Assembly: GCA_965200965.1 (NCBI GenBank)
Contig: OZ241744.1
Span: forward strand, 2,048,001-2,112,000
Direction of reading: 5' to 3'
Source of the DNA: an uncultured Candidatus Binatia bacterium
GTDB lineage: Bacteria > Desulfobacterota > Binatia > Bin18
DNA length: 64,000 nt
Position 1 is the first letter of the stretch. Each line of letters begins with the position of its first letter. Below, in pieces: positions 21,281 to 29,995 of the stretch. The position numbers were made by a program, and so were the translations under genes. A model generated the notes under the pieces. It saw only the letters and a list, made by a program, of their open reading frames with translations. It had not been told where the DNA came from and made no database searches.

Positions 21281-21958
21281 TCACGGGAACAGTTTCATCA
21301 ACGCGACAACGGCGGTGACGATGCTAGCGGACATGGCCCATAGATGCTTGTAGAGGGATTCAAACTTATGGCTGATGCGCAATTCGAGCGCTTGAAGGTC
21401 GGCCTGGGTTGTCGCCCGCAACTCCTGAAAGTCGGTCTGGGTGGCCGCCCGCAACTCCTGAAAGTCGGCCTGGGTGGCCGCCCGCAACTCCTGAAAGTCG
21501 GCCTGGAGCGTCCGAAAGTCGGCCTGGGTGGCCGCCCGCAACTCCTGAAAGTCGGTCTGGGTGGCCGCCCGCAACTCCTGAAAGTCGGTCTGGGTGGCCG
21601 CCCGCAACTCCTGAAAGTCGGCCTGGAGCGTCCGAAAGTCGGTCTGGGTGGCCGCCCGCAACTCCTGAAAGTCGGCCTGGAGCGTCCGAAAGTCGGTCTG
21701 GGTGGCCGCCCGCAACTCCTGAAAGTCGGCCTGAGTGGCCGCCCGCAACTCCTGAAAGTCGGCCTGAGTGGCCGCCCGCAACTCCTGGAGGTCGGTCTGA
21801 GTGGCCGCCCGCAACTCCTGGAGGTCGGCCTTTGTCGCAATGTTCCCGCCTACGGCGTCGCCGACAGTAGCGATCACGGCTTCAGCCTGGTTGTCGTCAA
21901 AGCCTGCTGCCCGGAGCGCCTTGGCGGCCTTGAGCGTGTCGAAAGCGGGCGCACTCAT
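21281..21958 (-). CDS. CCDC90/DUF1640-like membrane-anchored coiled-coil protein with an expanded repeat stalk (225 aa; alternative start 21967)
   Basis: Head FDTLKAAKAL..GF...QAEA, ATKADL neck, repeat coiled coil and C-terminal hydrophobic anchor. Confidence 0.78.
   Translation of the reverse strand: MSAPAFDTLKAAKALRAAGFDDNQAEAVIATVGDAVGGNIATKADLQELRAATQTDLQELRAATQADFQELRAATQADFQELRAATQTDFRTLQADFQELRAATQTDFRTLQADFQELRAATQTDFQELRAATQTDFQELRAATQADFRTLQADFQELRAATQADFQELRAATQTDFQELRATTQADLQALELRISHKFESLYKHLWAMSASIVTAVVALMKLFP
21395..21820 (-). repeat. Coding tandem repeat: 11 x 33-bp units (QELRAATQ[A/T]D[F/L]) interspersed with 3 x 21-bp units (RTLQADF)
   Basis: Near-identical ggccgcccgcaactcctgaaagtcgg units read directly from the sequence. 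Confidence 0.95.
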
Positions 21959-21965
21959 AGATTTC

Positions 21966-21994
21966 ATAATGGGCGTCCCCCCGGTCTGTGTCAA
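21966..21994 (-). promoter_or_regulatory. Sigma70-like promoter of the coiled-coil gene (TTGACA-17-CATTAT), with 7 nt between the -10 and ATG 21958 (leaderless-type)
   Basis: -35 at 21994-21989 and -10 at 21971-21966; no Shine-Dalgarno. Confidence 0.6.
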
Positions 21995-22031
21995 GGGAAA
22001 AACAAAACGCGTCTCGTGGAGCGGAGAAGGC

Positions 22032-23678
22032 ATGTCGATCAACCCGGGCGCGGAGCCTACTATCCGCGTCATGGCGCTGCACGCCCTGGCGTACTGTGAG
22101 CGTCTTTTCTATCTGGAAGAGATTGAGGAAATCCGGGTCGCCGATGCGGCCGTGTATGCCGGCCGTCGCCTGCATGAAGAGTTGGCGGCTGACGAAGGCG
22201 AGCTGGTCAGCTTGGTCCTGGAGAGCGACAGCCTCGGCATCCGGGGCAAAGCTGACTGCCTGCGCCGCCGTAATGGTCAGCTCATTCCCTACGAGCACAA
22301 GCGCGGGCGTTCGGCCACAGGCGACGACGGGCCGCAGGCGTGGCCGAGCGACCGGCTCCAGGCGTGCGCCTATGCCCTGCTTGTGGAAGAGCAGACCGAC
22401 ACGCCTATCGAAGAAGCGCGTATCCGTTACCACGCCAATAATACAACGGTCCGTGTTCCGGTGGACGAAGCAGCGCGTGAAGAGGTGCAGAGGGCTGTGG
22501 CTCGCGCCCGGGAACTCGGCCAGTCGGTTGAACGTCCGCCCGTGACCGAAAACGACCGGCTGTGTCTGCGCTGTTCCCTGGCTCCGGTCTGTCTGCCCGA
22601 GGAAGAGCGCCTGGCAAGAGACGAGGACTGGGAGCCTGTCCGACTCTTTCCACAAGACCGTGAGCGGCAGACTATCCATGTTACTACCCACGGAGCGCGG
22701 ATCGGGAAGTCAGGAGAAACGTTGACCGTCACCGATACCGCCGGGCACAAGCAGGTGTTTCCCGTTCGTGAGGTTGGAGAGATTGTCATCCACGGCTACG
22801 CGCAAATCAGTACCCAGGCGATCCATCTCTGCGCTTCCCAGGAGGTCGGCGTACACTGGTTTACCCCCGGGGGGCGCTATGTGAGTGGGCTTGTCTCCGG
22901 TGCCAGTCCGGTGCAGCGGCGTATCCGGCAGTTCGAGGCGTTGCGCGACGCCGGTCTGATCTTTCGGCTGGGTCGGCGCTTGGTGATCGCCCGAGCGTCC
23001 AGCCAACTCGGGTTTTTGCTGCGGGCCTCACGGGGCAAAGACCGCAAGGCCTTGGGCATTGCGGAGGCCGTGCAAGGGCTTCGGAATGCGCTGCGGGCCG
23101 CCAGCCGTGCAGAAGGGATTGATTCCTTGCGCGGCCACGAGGGAGACGCCGGACGACACTATTTCTCAGGCTTCCCCGGACTGCTGCGAAACGATGTGGA
23201 CGAGCGGCTGCACTTCAGCGGAAGGAGCCGCCGACCGCCTCGGGATCGGCTCAACGCGCTGCTGAGCTTCGGCTATGCGCTGCTGTACCGCGATGTGTTG
23301 CAGGCAATTATAGCCGTCGGGCTTGAACCGGCTTTTGGATTTTTTCATCGCCCGCGTTCGGCTGCCCACCCGCTGGTTCTGGATGTGATGGAGTTGTTTC
23401 GCGTCCCGCTGTGGGACATGCCCGTAGTCGCCTCGGTCAATCGCCTTCAGTGGGATGCGGAAGAAGATTTTACCCAGGCCGGCAGGCAAGTCTGGCTCAG
23501 TGACAGCGGTCGGAAAAAAGCCCTTGAGGTGTATGAACGCCGCAAGGCAGACCGCTGGAAACATCCGGTGACAGGCTATTCCTTATCGTATGTCCGCTTG
23601 ATTGAACTGGAGACCCGTTTACTCGAAAAGGAATGGGCTGGAGAACCTGGATTGTTTGCCCGGATGCGTCTACGCTGA
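22032..23678 (+). CDS. cas1: Cas4-Cas1 fusion protein
   Basis: Cas4: YCER, EHKRG, QACAY and CLRCSLAPVC. Cas1: EGDAG, NALLSFGY, GFFH and LDVMELFR. Confidence 0.95.
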   Translation: MSINPGAEPTIRVMALHALAYCERLFYLEEIEEIRVADAAVYAGRRLHEELAADEGELVSLVLESDSLGIRGKADCLRRRNGQLIPYEHKRGRSATGDDGPQAWPSDRLQACAYALLVEEQTDTPIEEARIRYHANNTTVRVPVDEAAREEVQRAVARARELGQSVERPPVTENDRLCLRCSLAPVCLPEEERLARDEDWEPVRLFPQDRERQTIHVTTHGARIGKSGETLTVTDTAGHKQVFPVREVGEIVIHGYAQISTQAIHLCASQEVGVHWFTPGGRYVSGLVSGASPVQRRIRQFEALRDAGLIFRLGRRLVIARASSQLGFLLRASRGKDRKALGIAEAVQGLRNALRAASRAEGIDSLRGHEGDAGRHYFSGFPGLLRNDVDERLHFSGRSRRPPRDRLNALLSFGYALLYRDVLQAIIAVGLEPAFGFFHRPRSAAHPLVLDVMELFRVPLWDMPVVASVNRLQWDAEEDFTQAGRQVWLSDSGRKKALEVYERRKADRWKHPVTGYSLSYVRLIELETRLLEKEWAGEPGLFARMRLR

Positions 23679-23688
23679 AAGGTCGTCT

Positions 23689-23982
23689 ATGGCAGAAGGC
23701 CGGTTTTGGTATCTGGTGTGTTATGACATCCGTGACCCCAAGCGGTGGCGGCGTTGTTTCACACTCCTCAAGGGATATGGGGAAGGGCTCCAATACTCCG
23801 TCTTCCGGTGTCGCCTGACCAAGCGACAGCTCGAACGCCTGCGGTGGGAGTTAGAGAAGGAGCTAACGCCTGAAGACAGCCTGATGATAGCTGGTCTGTG
23901 CAGTTCCTGTACATCAAGGATCATGGCGCGGAACACAAAAGTCGAGTGGAGTGAGGAGGAGCCACGCTTTCGGGTGGTATGA
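23689..23982 (+). CDS. cas2: CRISPR-associated endonuclease Cas2
   Basis: YLVCYDIRDPKR and LQYSVF. Confidence 0.95.
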   Translation: MAEGRFWYLVCYDIRDPKRWRRCFTLLKGYGEGLQYSVFRCRLTKRQLERLRWELEKELTPEDSLMIAGLCSSCTSRIMARNTKVEWSEEEPRFRVV

Positions 23983-24249
23983 TTTTTTTGAGATATTCCG
24001 AATTCATGCACCTCGGCACGTCCGGCCCAACGGGGCAAGACAAGCATCTAAACGCTTGTCTTGCCTGCAAAAAAGCGGGATTAAGAGGGAGAAGGATGCC
24101 TGACAGGAGAAAAACCCTGTCATATTCGGGAGTTAGACGGGAGACGGAAAGGTGACAGGAGTCTTTCATGCCGAGAGCCAAGCATCAGAGAGGGTTGCTT
24201 GTATAGAGAGCAAAAAAATCCAACAAAAACAGCCCCTTCCCTATAGGCG
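23983..24249 (+). promoter_or_regulatory. CRISPR leader containing a perfect 12-bp inverted repeat (24034-24065)
   Basis: AT-richer non-coding stretch between cas2 and repeat 1; GGCAAGACAAGC-8nt-GCTTGTCTTGCC. Confidence 0.7.
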
Positions 24250-25862
24250 GTGATTACATACCAGATGCCGAAAGGCGTTGAGCACGCTCGTCGAACAGTA
24301 TAAAGCCATGCGCCAAGAGTGTGATTACATACCAGATGCCGAAAGGCGTTGAGCACGACAGGCTGAGATCTTCTTCGGCCAAGACAATACCAGTGATTAC
24401 ATACCAGATGCCGAAAGGCGTTGAGCACGATCTCTCCTCTCCTTTGCGGTCGGCGCGTCCGGGTGATTACATACCAGATGCCGAAAGGCGTTGAGCACAG
24501 ACAAACACGGCCCGGGCCGGCTCGTCGGATGCCGTGATTACATACCAGATGCCGAAAGGCGTTGAGCACCGTGACTGGGAGCGTGTGGCCCGGGCCCGGG
24601 CGGCGTGATTACATACCAGATGCCGAAAGGCGTTGAGCACGAGAAACCGAAACGCAAGAGACGCCGCACACTGTATCGTGATTACATACCAGATGCCGAA
24701 AGGCGTTGAGCACCGTGACTGGGAGCGTGTGGCCCGGGCCCGGGCGGCGTGATTACATACCAGATGCCGAAAGGCGTTGAGCACGAGAAACCGAAACGCA
24801 AGAGACGCCGCACACTGTATCGTGATTACATACCAGATGCCGAAAGGCGTTGAGCACTTTACGCAGCCTGTCGAGTGGCGCTCGCCGAGGAAGGCGTGAT
24901 TACATACCAGATGCCGAAAGGCGTTGAGCACAGTCCGTCGCCCTCTCGGTCGACGACCGATACAAGTGATTACATACCAGATGCCGAAAGGCGTTGAGCA
25001 CAGTCCGTCGCCCTCTCGGTCGACGACCGATACAAGTGATTACATACCAGATGCCGAAAGGCGTTGAGCACCTCCCCGGCAAAGATTCTGTCCGCCTGGC
25101 GTTCGAGTGATTACATACCAGATGCCGAAAGGCGTTGAGCACTCGGATGCGCCGATGCTTGACTGACGGCCCTTCAGAAGTGATTACATACCAGATGCCG
25201 AAAGGCGTTGAGCACTCGGATGCGCCGATGCTTGACTGACGGCCCTTCAGAAGTGATTACATACCAGATGCCGAAAGGCGTTGAGCACGAACTGGCTGAT
25301 GCTGTGCGAGGCGAGATGGACAAGCAGTGATTACATACCAGATGCCGAAAGGCGTTGAGCACTACGTTCGGGCTGGCCTGCAGGTCGATTTCCCCGAAGT
25401 GATTACATACCAGATGCCGAAAGGCGTTGAGCACTTGAAAGGACTGAATGGAATGGAGTCCGTAAGCGGTGATTACATACCAGATGCCGAAAGGCGTTGA
25501 GCACTCGCCGTATATTGACGCCATGCGCGCTCTATGCCGTGGTGATTACATACCAGATGCCGAAAGGCGTTGAGCACCGTCCGGGTAGACGGGGAGTGTG
25601 GGCGGGATGCGCGTGATTACATACCAGATGCCGAAAGGCGTTGAGCACAGCGTTACGCTAAAATCCTCAAGCGACTGCCTGATGTGATTACATACCAGAT
25701 GCCGAAAGGCGTTGAGCACTCGCCTTTCCGTCGTCCTCTGATGACTGACCTGACGGTGATTACATACCAGATGCCGAAAGGCGTTGAGCACGGCCGCGCC
25801 CGCGCGTTCCAATCGCTCCTGCGCGGGTGATTACATACCAGATGCCGAAAGGCGTTGAGCAC
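24250..25862 (+). CRISPR. CRISPR array: 23 identical 36-bp repeats GTGATTACATACCAGATGCCGAAAGGCGTTGAGCAC and 22 spacers of 34-38 bp (18 unique)
   Basis: Counted directly; GCC-GAAA-GGC hairpin followed by the 8-nt TTGAGCAC handle, as in cyanobacterial I-B repeats. Confidence 0.98.
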
Positions 25863-26077
25863 TGGGAGTGCGTGATGTCTGTAAGGAGTTGACGAGGAGG
25901 CTTGAGGTGTCACACAGGAGGGCGCGCTTGGCGTGGTGGGAGATCTGGAAGAAGGCCGCGGCCGAGCCGCAGAAGGGTTCGGCCTGGACATTGACCGGGC
26001 CGAGATGTTGCCAGATATCTTTGGCCAGGCGGGACTTGCCGCCGTACCAGGGGAAGTGGACCTTGAGTGTGTGCCAT
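25863..26077 (-). pseudogene. 5' remnant of a Dam-type (D12 class) DNA adenine methyltransferase
   Basis: Frame reads FPWYGGKSRLAKDIWQHLGPVNVQAEPFCGSAAAFF...CD...LVN; ATG 26077 is one base out of frame; homology ends at the array. Confidence 0.7.
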
Positions 26078-26594
26078 GTGGGGAGGCTAGCAGAGAAGGG
26101 GGGGAGGTTTGAACGGGGATTTGTGTGACGCGGGGAGTACGCTAAGGACGGAACATGTCATCAGATCGAACGGAAGGCGACGCGTTCCGTCCCTGATTGA
26201 TGATCGGGGGAGGAGTCAGTGTGTATCTCCCAGCCCCGGAGAGTTGGGCTAGACCGGGCCGGTGAAGAGGTGCTATTATGCGGCCCATGATCTCTTGCAA
26301 GAAAGAGGCCAATGTCCCCAATGCCAAGTAGATTTCTGGTCACATGCAGGTAGACAGGCGGTTTTTCAAATGCAAGCACTTTTATCAGGATTTCTTATAG
26401 TTTGAAGGTAAATTGGGGGGAATTATACAAAGCCGATGGGACATAAACGCGCCAATAGACCATGTAACTCTCTGTTTTCATTGAGTTGGACTTGGGGGGG
26501 AGGGGAGAAGATTCGCAGAGATTATGCAAACGCGAAAAATCGTTGTCATGTTTTTTGACTAAATGCAGGTTGCAGTGAGGAGGGCGGTTCGACG

Positions 26595-27449
26595 ATGGCC
26601 GATGTTGCTAATGGTCTGATGCTGGTCTCGCTCATGTGCCTGCTGCTGGGCGTCGGCCTGCGCACCACCTTTGGAGCAGTGTTTGCCGTTGCCCGGCAGT
26701 ACCGCTTGGTACTCCGTGGCCTAGTGGCGAACTTCGTCATTGTTCCTTTGGTGTTCTTCCTCGCACTGCGGGGATTGCCTGTCAGCCCCGATGTCGTCAT
26801 CGGCCTGCTGGTCCTGGCGGCCGTCCCGGTCGCATCCGCGGCCCCTCCTTTTGTCGGGATGGCCAAGGGCGACCTGCCGTACGCGGTGGGACTGATGCTG
26901 AGTGTCGCCTTCCTCTGCGTTCCGCTCACACCACTCATTCTCGCCGTCTGCCTCCCCCCGAGCGAGGCAGGTTTGGAAATTGACCTGTGGAAAATCATCC
27001 AGACCCTGCTGACCGCCCAGTTGATCCCGCTGAGTGTGGGCATGACCATACGGCATGTCAGGCCGAGGTGGGCGGAGAAACTGCTCCAGTTCGTGCCCAG
27101 ACTGGCCCTGGGCGGTATCGTACTGAGCCTGAGCTTGATCGCCGCCATTCAAGCCCGGCAGATTCTCGGCCTTGGGCTGGTTCCTTACTTGGCGGCGCTT
27201 CTCTCCATTTTCGTCTGTCTGCTTATCGGGGATGTGATGGTGAGAGGCGAGGCGGCTGCGCTACGCCGGTCGCTCGCCATCTCCACGGCAATTCGCAATG
27301 TGGCGCTGGCTTTGCTCATCGTCAGTAGCAATTTTCCGGGCAGCTCAGCCGTTACGATTGTCTTTGTTTTCGGCCTCCTTTCCCTGCTCGTCAGTTTTAC
27401 CTATGGGAAGCTGACGACTGGCGCGGCCATGCAGGGCGCTGCGGCCTAA
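26595..27449 (+). CDS. Bile acid:sodium symporter (BASS) family transporter
   Basis: Highly hydrophobic; GLVANFVIVP, AKGD and IRNVALAL. Confidence 0.85.
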   Translation: MADVANGLMLVSLMCLLLGVGLRTTFGAVFAVARQYRLVLRGLVANFVIVPLVFFLALRGLPVSPDVVIGLLVLAAVPVASAAPPFVGMAKGDLPYAVGLMLSVAFLCVPLTPLILAVCLPPSEAGLEIDLWKIIQTLLTAQLIPLSVGMTIRHVRPRWAEKLLQFVPRLALGGIVLSLSLIAAIQARQILGLGLVPYLAALLSIFVCLLIGDVMVRGEAAALRRSLAISTAIRNVALALLIVSSNFPGSSAVTIVFVFGLLSLLVSFTYGKLTTGAAMQGAAA

Positions 27450-27487
27450 GGTATGGAAAACCGAAAGGCCCAGAGCGCAGTGGCCGG

Positions 27488-28396
27488 CTAAAAACGGGCC
27501 CGGAATTGCCGCTTGGCCTCTTTCCTGAGCGCGATGCAGCCGTCGTAGCGCTTGACATTGTGGATAAGGTCCCACAAGCCGCCTTCTTGAAACGGGTTCA
27601 AGACCTGGAGCAGCCCGAGTTGGCGGCTGGCGGGGGTGTTGGTGCTGCTCAGAAGCGCCGGGATATGGCCGACAACCGGCCCCGCTAAGGTGAGACGCTG
27701 GTGTGAATCGGTATTTCTCAGCACAAGGCTCAAGGAGAACTTGTCCTCAGGGTGGGGGATGTTTTCGGTATGGACATCCAGTGCCTCGGAGTGCTTCTGC
27801 TCCTGAAAGCCGCCTGCTTCCTCCGGCTCTCTGTACTGCACCCAAGAGAAACCCCCGTCCGGGGCAATCCGGTACTGTCTGCGTTCAGTGTCCATGTTGG
27901 CATGATACGAAAAGGTTTCTGAAAAATCGCCTGTTGTGACTGCACCGGTGCGCCGGTTGGTCATTTGCAGGGCCAGCGCAAAAGTCGCCCCGGACCATTC
28001 GGGCAGCGCCTTGATCTGCATTTTCTCCAGGGAAAGCCCAACGCCGGTCAGGTCGCTCTGCCCGTACAGCGAGCCGATGAGGACTTCGGCCAGGACCAGC
28101 GCCCTGTATGGACTGGCGGCGGGTTGTTCAAAAAAGGCGTATGCCGACCAGGCGTAGCGGTATTCGTGCTGCGCCTCGGAACACAGATGGCCGAAATGGA
28201 TGGCCTCGTCGGGGTCAAAGACGGTGAAACCGGCCAGCAGACAGGCTTTTTTCTCTCCGGCGCTGAGGTCGGCACAGGCGCGGTCTCCGGCCTTGAGGCC
28301 GCCTCCCCCGCCCAATATGCAGAGGAAGGCGAGCAGCATGGCGGCGACACGCGGCATGGGCTTACAAGAATGATCGGACAAGAGCCAGATTCTCAC
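27488..28396 (-). CDS. Hypothetical protein, probably exported (start may be at about 28357)
   Basis: Long ORF with signal-peptide-like MPRVAAMLLAFLCILG; no family recognised. Confidence 0.55.
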   Translation of the reverse strand: MRIWLLSDHSCKPMPRVAAMLLAFLCILGGGGGLKAGDRACADLSAGEKKACLLAGFTVFDPDEAIHFGHLCSEAQHEYRYAWSAYAFFEQPAASPYRALVLAEVLIGSLYGQSDLTGVGLSLEKMQIKALPEWSGATFALALQMTNRRTGAVTTGDFSETFSYHANMDTERRQYRIAPDGGFSWVQYREPEEAGGFQEQKHSEALDVHTENIPHPEDKFSLSLVLRNTDSHQRLTLAGPVVGHIPALLSSTNTPASRQLGLLQVLNPFQEGGLWDLIHNVKRYDGCIALRKEAKRQFRARF

Positions 28397-28731
28397 CCAC
28401 CATGCCGGAGTTGGTCAAGCGTGAACACCCGACCGGCCCGCCTAGCGTCAAGCCACCGCTCGAACGACGCCTGACTTTCCTGCGACTGACGACCGGCCAG
28501 CAGTCCCTCCACACTGATGTCTTCGTCGAGGTCTGCCCAGTGAATGTACTGACTTGCAGCGCACAGCTTCCAGTTGTTCCTTTCCGCTGGCGTCGCATGG
28601 ATATGCCTCGGATACCAGGCCAGCGGAATGAAGCTCAGGCGACCATCGGCCAGTTCGGCGGTCAGCGCATCATCGGTTACTGTGATCCGCGTCGCTCCAG
28701 GCACTTCCAACTCAACGGCCAAAGTAGTCAT
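28393..28731 (-). CDS. DUF2442 domain protein (predicted antitoxin)
   Basis: LADGR..IPLAWYPR..AT..ER.NW..IHW.DLDEDISVEGLL. Confidence 0.85.
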   Translation of the reverse strand: MTTLAVELEVPGATRITVTDDALTAELADGRLSFIPLAWYPRHIHATPAERNNWKLCAASQYIHWADLDEDISVEGLLAGRQSQESQASFERWLDARRAGRVFTLDQLRHGG

Positions 28732-28927
28732 GCCAAATCTCCATGAATACGGTCCGATTCTGCTCAACAATTCTCTGAATACGACGAAGTTCCGTCAGTC
28801 CGAAGTGACCGCTTCGCTGTAGGGCTATGGGGTTAAGCCAAAACCTGGCAAAACAGTCATTCCTCTGTATGTGGAGGTGTGGCGGTTCATCCCGATATTA
28901 CGAACCGTCTCTCAGGACGGTGGGCAT
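28712..28927 (-). pseudogene. DUF4160 family gene (predicted toxin partner), inactivated
   Basis: MPTVLRDGS*YRDEPPHLHI...AR FWL...ELRRIQRIV...W..YF; TAA at 28900-28898. Confidence 0.75.
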
Positions 28928-28976
28928 TCCTCGACCCGTTCAATCTCGATTCGGCGCGTCAGGATATCCCTTTCTG

Positions 28977-29957
28977 CTACTCCCGGTACAAGACGCTCCG
29001 CACTGCCTCAACGACCTTCTTGACGCTCGGCAGCACCAACTCCTCCAGGTTCTTGGCGTAGGGCATGGGCACATCTTCGCCGGTCACCCGGACGACCGGC
29101 GCGTCGAGGAAGTCGAAGCCGTCTTTCATGATGCGGTACGAGATTTCAGCCCCAATGCCGGCCACCGGCCAGCCCTCTTCAACGATCACACAGCGGTTGG
29201 TCTTTTTGACCGAGCGCAGCAGCGAGGCGGCGTCTAAGGGACGCATGGTGCGGGGGTCAAGCACCTCGACCTGTATGCCTTGTGTAGCCAGCTCGTCCGC
29301 GGCTTCGAGGGCGACATAGACCATCTTTGACCAGGCCACGAGGGTCACGTCCCTGCCCTCTCGTTTGATCTCGGCTTTGCCAATCGGGATCAGGTAGTCG
29401 GTGTCCTCAAGCGGGCCTTTACGGCCGTACAGGACCTCGCCCTCAATAAAAATCGTGGGATTGTCGTCCCGGATGGCCGACTTGAGCAGCCCCTTGGCGT
29501 CGGCCGGGGTTGAGGGGGCCATGACCTTCAGGCCGGGAATGTAAGAGTACAGACTCTCAACGACCTGGGAGTGCTGGGCGGCTAACTGATGGGCGGCTCC
29601 GCCCGGGCCGCGAAAGACAATCGGCAGGGAGAGCTGCCCGCCGGACATGTAGCGCAGCTTGGCCGCATTGTTGACAATCTGGTCATAGGCGCACAGCGAA
29701 AAGTTCCAGGTCATGAACTCAATGATCGGCCGCAGACCGACCATTGCCGCTCCGATCCCGACCCCGGCAAAGCCGGTCTCGGCAATCGGGGAATCAACGA
29801 CTCGACGCTCGCCAAAACGGTCAAGCAGCCCTTCTGATACTTTATACGCGCCGTTGTAATGCCCGACCTCTTCGCCCATCAGGAACACGCGCTCGTCGCG
29901 TTCCATTTCTTCGGCCATGGCCTCGCGGACGGCTTCACGGTAGCTTATTTCACGCAC
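28977..29957 (-). CDS. pdhB: Pyruvate dehydrogenase E1 beta subunit
   Basis: GEEVG.YNGAYKV, PIAE, EFMTWNF and AAQHSQ. Confidence 0.93.
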   Translation of the reverse strand: MREISYREAVREAMAEEMERDERVFLMGEEVGHYNGAYKVSEGLLDRFGERRVVDSPIAETGFAGVGIGAAMVGLRPIIEFMTWNFSLCAYDQIVNNAAKLRYMSGGQLSLPIVFRGPGGAAHQLAAQHSQVVESLYSYIPGLKVMAPSTPADAKGLLKSAIRDDNPTIFIEGEVLYGRKGPLEDTDYLIPIGKAEIKREGRDVTLVAWSKMVYVALEAADELATQGIQVEVLDPRTMRPLDAASLLRSVKKTNRCVIVEEGWPVAGIGAEISYRIMKDGFDFLDAPVVRVTGEDVPMPYAKNLEELVLPSVKKVVEAVRSVLYRE

Positions 29958-29995
29958 AAGGTCACTCCTGAAGAACGCTCATCCGGTCTGAGCGG

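Noticed and set aside
21395-21820. Possible second CRISPR or mini-array inside the cas operon
   Set aside because: The units are contiguous with no unique spacers, are unrelated to the array repeat, and preserve a reading frame.
21344-22099. Plus-strand repeat ORFs and the N-terminal extension of cas4/1
   Set aside because: They are open shadow frames of the stop-free tandem repeat; only the minus frame has a recognisable head and anchor.
24286-25826. Self-targeting spacers
   Set aside because: No match within the window was noticed by eye; an alignment search is needed to exclude it.
15305-25862. CRISPR-associated transposon (I-B CAST)
   Set aside because: No tnsA/B/C or tniQ in the window; cas3 and the adaptation genes are intact.
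24120-25991. Repetitive minus-strand ORFs (MLNAFRHLVCNH...)
   Set aside because: They are translations of the CRISPR repeats, not genes.
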